Shown here one piece after another: positions 1 to 9,600 of a stretch of DNA of 20,000 bases. The DNA is from Bdellovibrionales bacterium RIFOXYD12_FULL_39_22. GTDB lineage: Bacteria; Bdellovibrionota; Bacteriovoracia; Bacteriovoracales; Bacteriovoracaceae. Position 1 is the stretch's first letter; every line of letters starts with the position of its first letter. The notes below the pieces were generated by a model, which searched no databases, was not told where the DNA came from, and saw only the letters and a program-made list of their open reading frames with translations. The translations under genes were made by a program, and so were the position numbers. Location: assembly GCA_001770205.1 (NCBI GenBank), contig MEQL01000055.1, positions 56,551-76,550 of the forward strand. The letters are read 5' to 3'.

Positions 1-3000
1 TTACTATAAGTTCCGTTCGCAATAGTAATGTTCATTGTTCCATCAACGTATGTGGAGGAGGTTCCATCTCGCCAGGTAGCAACCAACATTGGAGGCCTAG
101 TATCTTCGGCGGTAGTTAGTAGATATGTTTCACTATCCGGAACATCGCTAATAAAGACTTTATTGTTGTATGTGTTGGCCGCTTTTTCTGATTTGTTAAA
201 ATTAAGCGTTATACAGCGAGCATCATTAATTATCTTGGCCGCACGATAACGCACAGAACTTTTATACAACTTCTTACTACCCTCTGGAATAAATGTACAA
301 ACGCTGGCCGTGTCGGTAGAGATTATCGTTCCAGTAGTAGTAGTTGCGCACATCGGAATGCTATTTTCATAAGTCAACATTCCGGCACCTAGACTAGCAG
401 TACAAATATTTCCATATTGGTCATAAGGAGTAGAACAAATTTGCAAAGAGTTTTGGTCGGCAGAAAAAGTAAAGACAGTTCCACCGGCAGTTGTATAACC
501 AATTGGTTCATTGGCACCACCAGTATTATTTGTTCCTGTGGGCAGTGTCGTATAATTTATCGTAGCGGTAGTCGGATCTGAATTGTTATGAAAATGTACC
601 ACATCAAGCGGGCCATGATTCATTGCAAAGGCAAAAGTGGCAGTATAACTACCAGCACTAGGAACAGACATGGTTGCGGTCATAGTGTAACTCTGCTCGG
701 CCTTCGGAAATTTAGCATGGATGGCATATACTGAATAACTCGCACCATCGTAAGAATACGCCACCGGAGATAGCGTCGCTTGCACTGAAGTTATTGTGGG
801 ATTAACTATAGTGGTATTTCCAATTGTCGGCATCTCTCCAAATAGCGATCTTGTCGGAACTGCTCCTGCTAAAAATGAAAAAGTTATAGTTCCATCAGTA
901 GTCGCATCCAACCAGTTTCCATTTTCATCAGTGGCCTTAACAATAACTGAAGTATCGGAATCGGTGGCTGTATAAGAATTTAGGGCCACTCCTATTTTCT
1001 CCCAATCTCCCGGAGTAACTTTTAATGTGACATAAGAGGTTGCACTCCCGGAAGCATAAGAAAGGCCAGAATCATCAAAAGTACCAGTAAATGCTGATGA
1101 TAATGCTACTACTCCCGATCCCATAGAGACAGTCCAAAAACTTGGATGACTGCCTGTTAGCATTGCAGTGTTATCTGCACTAGTGGCCGCCAGACTTCCA
1201 AAGAAATTCCATGAAGTGTTGGAAGTATCTGCCGCAGTTGCCAAATAATTTCCAAACTCATCTTCTAAAACTGCCAAATAGGAAGTTTGCGTGGCAGAAG
1301 TTTTTAGCAACTGACATGGCGTAACACTACCGCTTCCACACTGATAATCTACGTTGTCGTGATTGGTATCACTCAGGCCTCGACATAAATTAGGAACGAA
1401 ATCTGTAGAAAATACAATCTTAACCGCATCATATGATTGGTTTTCACAAATGGCCGTTGGTGTGCCAGAAACATAGCGCAAGTTAACACGTTTAGGCGGC
1501 CCACGATAAATAGTGATAGGATTATTAGTACGATAATTTAAATGGCCGGCAAAATAAGTATAATAATCATCATCTCCATACCAGCCAGGAAGTGGGCCAG
1601 CAAAATCATAGGTGGTAGAGGCAGCAATCGTTTCTAAAAAGTCTCTTGTACTTAATGGATATCTGGCCTCAATTGCCGCCACTCCAGAGTTAAAAGTATG
1701 AGTCTGGGTATCAACATGAACAAATGGCCGATAATTAGCATCTCTAAACATTATTTTTAAGTCAGTAGATCTTCCGTTTCCAAAGCTCAAACGTATGGTG
1801 GGAGTACCATCAGTACCAAGTAACCAGGTTCCGGTGGTAGTAGTTGGCAAATATTCCTGATTGTAGTCTTCAAGCGAATAGGAAATAATGGGACGAGTCC
1901 CTTTGCTATCTACTCCATACGCAGAACCACTACTATTTGGATAATTTGTAATCGGTAGTGATAAAACCGGGTCTGATCCATCGGTTGTCGAATTAAATCT
2001 TTCAATACTTATTCTAGTGTCATAGTAACCATTGATCTTATCGCAGGTATTACCAAACTTATCTTTAAACGAAATTTCGACTGGCGTAAATTGTCCGGCC
2101 AGGGCAGAATCATTGTTTGGATAATCACACCTCGTCCTATCCAAACAACTATTCATCATCGCCCGAATATAACTCGGACGATCAGCATTTACTGTTAATC
2201 CTAGTCCCTCAAAAGTATATGTCGTTCCATCAAGCGTTAATCTGGGAATTAGTTTATTTTGGTAACCAATTTTTGTTGGACGATAAATTAATCCCGTTGT
2301 TCCCGCAGCACTTGTACCATTTGTAAAAGTTAACTCTGTTCCAGCAACATTTGTCCTTCTCAAAATTGTTCCAGTTTCGGCTGTTCTTAAAAACATCGTT
2401 GGATCTGGAGTGGTCCAAACCAAAACATCACCAGCGACATCTCCAACATCGCGCAGATAGTTTCCCGAACTATCAATGACTGCCGCATAAAAGGCCAAAG
2501 AAGAAGTATCGGTGGCAGTCATCGTCTGTGCTCCATAGACTTGCGCTCCGAGATTTTCCCGATTTATCTGAGTATTATCAAAAATATCTGCCGCAAAAGT
2601 GTAGCTCGGCCCATCCATAGAATTGGCCACAACTACACCACCTGGAGATCCGGGGGCCACGTAAATTTCTACCGCGGTTGCATCATAAAGATTGGCCTCA
2701 TTTCCTGCCTGGCCTTCTCGATTATCACTAACCCAAACTCGGGTAACTCCTGCGTTGTAGATAGTAACTGCCTCAGGTATGGTGTATTCACCGTTAAAAA
2801 AAGTATAGGTTGTTGATTGATTGGCCGGAGGCAATACATTTTGACGTCCACTCCAACTAGGATATTCCTGATAGGAAAAGCTTAGGGCCCGCGGAAAATT
2901 ATCTGCCTCTTCTGCAATATTTTGTTCAACGTCAGTAATTGCCAGTTGAAAATTAAATGGCACTCCCGCATCTTCATAATTTCTCCGTCGAGCAGCGACC

Positions 3001-3653
3001 TGTGCACACAATGCTTCTTGTTCGCAACCAAATTCTAATGAATATTTAACACAAAGAGCATTCCAAGTATCAACGGAAAAAGTATTATCTCGACAATCTC
3101 TAAGCGTCATTGATTCACTGTCAAAAATTTGCTCATAGTATGGGTGAGTATTGCCAACTGTAGTATAGTGGGTAGTACGCAAATCTATCATCGCAATACT
3201 TTCCATTGCACTACCAGGAAGAACTTTCAAGTTAAAGGTATTGGAGGCAAAAAATTTTGTGGCCGAGACATTAATGTCAAAAGAACCTCCCGATGAGCCT
3301 AAAGTCGTATCTCCAAACTTAATAGCAGTAGAAGCATAGCCCGCTGAATTGGTTTTTGTTTTGGGTGTACTAATTGTGATAAAAGATGAATCAAAGCCCA
3401 CAACATTACTATAGCGAAATGCTATTGCCGTATTGGCAATCGGGTTACCGTGCATATCGACGAGTCTAACTCTAAGTGGTTCATATACAGATCCCGGTGC
3501 AACCGTTTGGTTATTACCACTAACAATCACCAGCGAAATATGTAGGCCACCTTTTTCGATTTCCTCATTTAAATTTTTGGTACAAGAATAGTTGCCCAGC
3601 AAAGCTAGCACTAGCAGGATGGAGGTCAAAATGGTGTCTAATACTCTTTTCAT
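1..3653 (-). CDS. Giant Ig-like (Big_1/invasin-type) repeat lipoprotein, 3'-truncated by the window edge (at least 1217 aa); paralog of the upstream 3965-aa protein
   Basis: Not in the ORF track, consistent with no stop inside the window. Manual translation from ATG at 3653: MKRVLDTILTSILLVLALLGNYS-C-TKNLNEEIEKGGLHISLVIVSGNNQTVAPGSVYEPLRVRLVDMHGNPIANTAIAF...KTNSAGYASTAI. This gives a lipoprotein-type signal (Cys24) followed by a Big_1-like motif. Every segment I translated in this frame was open, including the window edge (...TYVDGTMNITIANGTYS). An AGGA Shine-Dalgarno-like sequence lies in the last codons of the upstream gene, with an 8-nt intergenic gap. Confidence 0.93.
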   Translation of the reverse strand, partial: MKRVLDTILTSILLVLALLGNYSCTKNLNEEIEKGGLHISLVIVSGNNQTVAPGSVYEPLRVRLVDMHGNPIANTAIAFRYSNVVGFDSSFITISTPKTKTNSAGYASTAIKFGDTTLGSSGGSFDINVSATKFFASNTFNLKVLPGSAMESIAMIDLRTTHYTTVGNTHPYYEQIFDSESMTLRDCRDNTFSVDTWNALCVKYSLEFGCEQEALCAQVAARRRNYEDAGVPFNFQLAITDVEQNIAEEADNFPRALSFSYQEYPSWSGRQNVLPPANQSTTYTFFNGEYTIPEAVTIYNAGVTRVWVSDNREGQAGNEANLYDATAVEIYVAPGSPGGVVVANSMDGPSYTFAADIFDNTQINRENLGAQVYGAQTMTATDTSSLAFYAAVIDSSGNYLRDVGDVAGDVLVWTTPDPTMFLRTAETGTILRRTNVAGTELTFTNGTSAAGTTGLIYRPTKIGYQNKLIPRLTLDGTTYTFEGLGLTVNADRPSYIRAMMNSCLDRTRCDYPNNDSALAGQFTPVEISFKDKFGNTCDKINGYYDTRISIERFNSTTDGSDPVLSLPITNYPNSSGSAYGVDSKGTRPIISYSLEDYNQEYLPTTTTGTWLLGTDGTPTIRLSFGNGRSTDLKIMFRDANYRPFVHVDTQTHTFNSGVAAIEARYPLSTRDFLETIAASTTYDFAGPLPGWYGDDDYYTYFAGHLNYRTNNPITIYRGPPKRVNLRYVSGTPTAICENQSYDAVKIVFSTDFVPNLCRGLSDTNHDNVDYQCGSGSVTPCQLLKTSATQTSYLAVLEDEFGNYLATAADTSNTSWNFFGSLAATSADNTAMLTGSHPSFWTVSMGSGVVALSSAFTGTFDDSGLSYASGSATSYVTLKVTPGDWEKIGVALNSYTATDSDTSVIVKATDENGNWLDATTDGTITFSFLAGAVPTRSLFGEMPTIGNTTIVNPTITSVQATLSPVAYSYDGASYSVYAIHAKFPKAEQSYTMTATMSVPSAGSYTATFAFAMNHGPLDVVHFHNNSDPTTATINYTTLPTGTNNTGGANEPIGYTTAGGTVFTFSADQNSLQICSTPYDQYGNICTASLGAGMLTYENSIPMCATTTTGTIISTDTASVCTFIPEGSKKLYKSSVRYRAAKIINDARCITLNFNKSEKAANTYNNKVFISDVPDSETYLLTTAEDTRPPMLVATWRDGTSSTYVDGTMNITIANGTYS

Positions 3654-3661
3654 TTTAACTA

Positions 3662-6600
3662 TTATTTCCTTCTTAAAATCAATTTACCCTGTCCATCAAC
3701 TATTCCACCTAGGCCATAATCAAACATGGCCGCGTTGGAAGGATCCGTTCTGTATATAAATACATCATTGTTCGTAAATCCCAAACTTGTGGAAGAACCC
3801 ATAGACGGACTAATAGTTTGTGCATTGGTATATAAGCAAAAATAGTTATCTGACGTCGTTGCCAACCCTGCGGCAGCATTAGAATTTTTGCTTAAATCAA
3901 ATCCTTTAATATTTTTATTATTTCTGCACTCAAGTACTAGCGCAACCGTTGCTAACGTTAAATCATCTGGATTTGTACCACTTTCATGGACGGCAATAAT
4001 TTTCTCTTCCACCGCGACATAGACAATATTTTGTCCTAAAGCACCACCAACGCTGGAAAGGCCATCGGCAACTTTTAAATCAACAACACTAACATCCGTA
4101 TTGTTAACGCCTGTATACGTACTTGCGACAACCGAGTTTAAGGTTAAACTATCTTTAATCAGATTATTATCAACGTCTGTCGTAAAATAAACCGCCCCAT
4201 TAGTTGCCATTACAACTGTAGAAATCACTCCCAATCCTATTCGACTTGCTTGTGCCATGGTTTCTAGATTAATCACCACCACCGCTCCACCTGCTGCATA
4301 GGCAACATAATCCGTTCCATTTGATCGCGTAGTTGCCAAATAATTTATCTCACTTGACCCGCCAGGAATAATGCCAAAGCTTCCTGCCGCCCAACTATCC
4401 ATCGCCTCGTTGCGCGCAGCAATTTTGCCATCTACAAATGAATTATCAGAACTTGAACTATAAGCGCTAGTTACTAGATGAATTTGATCATTGGCAAAAT
4501 CAAACACCGTTAAACCACCTTCTCGACCAATAAATAACTTACCGGCGATCGCGGCCATATGATTTATTGATCCCCAACCAGAAGGCATAGCATCAGTGTT
4601 GGCATTTATACGCATAAATTTTTTATTTGCAGTAGCATCGACAATCTCCACATAATTTAGAGCATAGGCCAAAACCATGGCCTTATTTGGGAAATCATGA
4701 CGAGCGCTTCTATAATTCTCGTTAGGATCTACTGTTGAATTATATTCATCATACCAAGACAAATTATCATCGGTGGCCCAAGCTTCTGTTGTTGGAATAT
4801 CCCAAAAAATTGCCTTAGATATTGCTGCGGAGTCTATATCATCATAATCGAAAGTTCCCGTTGCCGTCGTGCCGGTAGCAACCACCACGTTTGCTGTTCC
4901 ACTAGCATCTGTACCAATCCGTAAAGTAAAGGTTCCTGTTTCAAAACCAGTAATGATTGTTCCAAGATCAACTTCGTTATAGTTTTCTGGACGCACATAA
5001 TTTCCACCACCTTTTTCAAGCATCCATTCAGTAGCAGAAGAAGACTCTGTGGGCAGATAATAATTATTATAATCATCAAAGGCAGCAACATAATATGTTC
5101 CGCTAACATTTAAATTTAACGAAATAGCTGCTCCCAAATTTTGAGCGGCCGACGCAGAAGAGGAAACACGATAGCAGGCATTATTTTCGCTATCAGCACT
5201 CACTGTAAATGTTGCCGAATCTCCAACAACCGGCGAAATAGTACTCATCACGCGATTACTATTGGCCACCTTAAACTTGGCCTGGAAGGAATAAACTCCG
5301 CTACTAAATGGCACGGCCGTAACCGATCCATAGGTCTCCAGACTACTTAACGTTCCACAGCCAGCAGTATTCGCGCTAGGGATTGTAAAAGTAAGAGTGG
5401 TGGAAGGAGCGGTTGCCACCGTTACACCGCTTTCATCTTTGGCCGTTACCATTACCCAGGTGTCAACTCCGGCGGTGACGGCAGGTGTTGTATCAACATC
5501 TATATTGTAGTACGCAATTCCATCTTTTTTCAAATATAGAAGTGGTGATGTTCCCGCCACACCGCTATGAGTGGCCACAATATGTGTTCTCCCGGCCGTG
5601 GAGGCGGTTAAATTAAATGTCCCAGTTGTAGCAGTGGCCGGGCCAATTACAATGGCCGTGCTATCCACGGTGGACCAGACCGCATTTGCCATCTTAGAGA
5701 TAAAATTTCCATAAGCATCATAACCGTAGGCCACAAAGCTAGCAGAAGTTGCAGTGCTTGCCTTATCCCAAACAGTGGTGGATGGCCCACTGGTAGGTAA
5801 ATTATCTCCACCGTAACTGCCATCACTGGCCAGTACAACTTTTATTTTAGAAAGTGTATTGGGAGCAATCCAACTATGATCAACCGTGGTGGCCAGCGGC
5901 GCCTGCAAAGCGCTAACACAACTACCTAATCCGTCCGTGCCACACACTTGGGTAGTAAGAATCGGGGACGATCCATCGGCAGTGTAGAAAGTAAATGTTT
6001 TATCCAAATAAGTTGTTCCACTGGCCAAAACAAATGATCCAGAAACGTTGGTAGTAACTGGATTTTGCAATACCGGGTCTGTATGTGAGTTTGCAAAATT
6101 GGCCCAGGTAAGTTTAAACTGTCTCGGCCCGGCGGCCAATGCCGTTTTATAGAAGCGACTATCTACCGCGATAAAGCGCACGGTAGTATCGGCCCCAGTC
6201 GTAAAGGCGGCCACTCCACTAATTGCCGCCGCTCTGCTGGCCACTCCTCCCGCACTATAACTCTCCCCTGGAAAGAGCGGCATGAAATATTTTAAATCTC
6301 CTGGACTTACTTTCAATCCGACGGTACCCGAAGAGGCGGTTATCGCATTAAAAATTGAGCCGGTGGCCGTGGTAGAAACTTCCAGTGTCCCACCCGATGC
6401 AGTAAAGGCCGCAATCGATGCCCCGGCGGCAGTTACCCAGCTAACGCTATCATTGTTTCCAAGAAAATTTCCTCCGGCATCATAAGAAGCCGCATACATG
6501 GTAGTGCTTTGGCCGATTTTTAAATTAACGGTTGTTCCATTAAGCAGTGAACCTTCGCCATTACTACCGGTGAAGATTTTTGTACAGGCCACTGGCCCTG

Positions 6601-9600
6601 GCACTACGTGAGCGGTAGTTGTTCCACCGATCAAAACATTATCTCTATCTACTGCTGATATTGTATAAGTGTCTGGCCGATATAGTGTACCGGAAGTAAA
6701 GGTGCCGGAGCCTCCTGCGAAAGTTATCGCTTTGGTTCCTGTCACATTTGAAATCAAATTTATTCCACTGCACTCACTACTTCCATCTGCATTACTGGAT
6801 GGAGAAAACACTATCGAGCGTACCCCTGTATAACTTACGGCCGTAGTATCACTGCTAGTCATGGCCGTAATAATTATATTAAAGGCCGAAGCAGAAGTTA
6901 TATCTCCGGCCGTACTTAGCGCTAAATCAAAGTGATCAGCATTGCCCGCGGAAATAGAAATGATTCCCGAAGAATCCGCAGGGGGAGAGCCTACTGCCTG
7001 CGAAGTAGCGGTAACAACCATCTCTCCGGACTGTATCAAATTTAAGACGACAGAACTTGCATTCGTAACAGAGGCCATGGGTATTGCACTAAAAGGCGTC
7101 GTAATTAATGTTCCATCTGTTCTTGTAAACGTCCAATCCGCAGTAGTATCGTTACCAATAAAATTTCCAAAGCTATCGTACTTGGCCGCCCAGAAGGTGG
7201 GATCTGCACTTGTTGCGTTAGTCGGATAAGCGAGCGTGTCAATTTCGCTGCCATTTGGCGCATCCACTATCTTTAATACCGCCGCCGAAGAATTGGCCGT
7301 GACAGGAATTGGATACGGTGAGTATCCAATGATGTCCGGCCCCTCCGAGACAACTTTTAGTTTAACATTAGTATTGCTGCTATTGTACAAAACAAAACTT
7401 CCCAGCGCAGCAGTGAAAAGATAGGTTCCGTTAGTGAAGGTAGGAGAGGACATTACTCCATGCACTCGGGCAATATCCCCATTGGGCGAAGGAGTTGTAT
7501 TAATAAACTGAAATGCCAAAGATGTCGGCGGCGAAAAGTTTGAGATGGTATTGAAATTAGAATCTACTGCACGAATTAAAACAGCAAAAGAGCTACCGGC
7601 AGTTTGCGTTCCCACTGCAATGGAGCCTAACGCTTCCGCGGCAGTATCTACTCCATAATTGTATGTACTAATCTGATTGGCCACTGCCACCAAAAAAGAA
7701 ATATTACTACTTCCCGTTGTCACATCATATTCTACTCTATTGGCCAAGGCCGTGTGGGTATAAGAACCGCTATTGGTAAAAGTAAATGTTTTACTATCGC
7801 CTACTGCACTATCTCTAGCGGCAAAATTAATCACACCCGAAGAGAAAGTGTAGCTACCGACCGGAGCAGTAAGCGAGTCAACGCTATTTTTGATGGACCA
7901 GACAGATGTTGAACTATCTGTAGTAATATTGTGATAATCATCTACGGCATATAGTCTTACGCCAAAATCAACACCAGCATTTTTGGTGGCCGTTGCCATT
8001 GAAGGTAAAAAGGTTAAAGTCGAAATTCCTTCTACTAAGGTCTGATCGGAAAAACCATAAACAATTCGCTTACCACTTCCTTCATTTACCACATATGAAG
8101 AGGAGGTAAAGCTAACTATCCCGGCAGTGTTAACCGGAACCAATGCTTTGCCCAGGCCGGCATGTTTATTAAAGGCAGATCCCAACGTGATGCATCCTCC
8201 AGCATCTGAAGTATAACCGGTATCAAGAGTACAACTTCCCCAAATATTAGTAGCAGTAGGTGCCGTAGCATAAGTATCACCGATAAAACTAAAAGTTACT
8301 CCTGTTATTGCACTGGTAGTATTGATGTGATTAAAATATTGATCAACCGCTACCACACGAACATCGAATATTGATCCCACCGTTTGTGTAGATGGCGCCC
8401 CACTAACAGCACTGGCCGAGGATAATTTTCCTTCCTTTAAACTCTGTCCAGGCAGCAGCGCAAGAAGTTTCGTTGCCGAGGGATTCGTACGGGCCACAAA
8501 GCTACTAGACTGATAGTTAGTCCCAACACCACTGTTTGTTATCGACAAGTAGTGTAGTGCTCCAGTGTGTGTCCGTTTATATTCCGTGTAACTACCCAAA
8601 TAAGTTCCAGAAGAAAACGATAAGATATCTGAAGTCGTTTGACTGCTTGTATTGAGAGTAAATCCACGATTGTCAGAAGTTACTGTATTAAAATTTGCAT
8701 CCACTAACTTGGCCATAAAATTAACTGCCGAACCGGCCGTCATGGTATAAGCACTATTAATTAGTCGAGCACCACCGCTCCAAGTAGTATATCCCTCTCG
8801 ATGTGTCTCCGCTGAGGGAAAATATAATATACTGTAGGCCGCATTTCCTGGATCAACTTCATAGGCCGAAGAAGTAAAGTGAGTAGTAATACCCGCACTT
8901 CCTCCTTGTGGAACAAAACGCAAACTACTTCCAGATACGCTGGTAGACAATCTATTGGTGACATTAAAGGATAGAGATCCAGCTGCTGCAGAGTTAAAAG
9001 TAAATTGTCCACCAAGTAGTGCATTGGTATCAGAAAAAATTCCGTTAACCACTCCGGCCATATTGGCCGCACCCAGCGATACTCCCACCGCATCTGTTCC
9101 TGTAGTTTCTATATTGAAGTAGTTATCCACTAAGAATGCCTTAACCGTAAAAGCAGTTCCGGCACGTTGATCTTGTGGTGAATTTGCCAAGGCCTCTGCC
9201 GTAGTGGCCACTCCAGTTATAAGTGTCTGGCCAGGAAGAGTTAGTACAATGTTTTTAACCGCAGTATTGGAAGCTACTGTAAACATCGATGAAGGAACTG
9301 ATGTCAGGCCAGTCACCACCGGAGTTACATATTGCGAACTCATCGCCTTATGCAGAGCAATTGCCCCTCCTACTGTACCGCTGCTCATCGCTCCTAAATT
9401 ATAAGTAGCATTCGAACTAGTATTTAAGGTAGTGACCGTGGCAGAAGAAGTCGTCGTAGTAATTCGATTATAGCAGTTATCTGTAGCGATAACTTTAACA
9501 TTGAAATTAACTCCGGCGGTTTGAGTAGTTGCCGTGGCCAGTGGCCAAGAACCATCAGTATGCGTTTGTCCTGGTAACTCTACAATGGCCTTGCTGGCAC

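Noticed and set aside
28..2851. Short ORFs at 28-249, 2117-2326, 2541-2816 (+) and 2669-2851 (-)
   Set aside because: All lie antisense or out of frame within the long minus-strand giant gene starting at 3653 and show no recognisable protein features.
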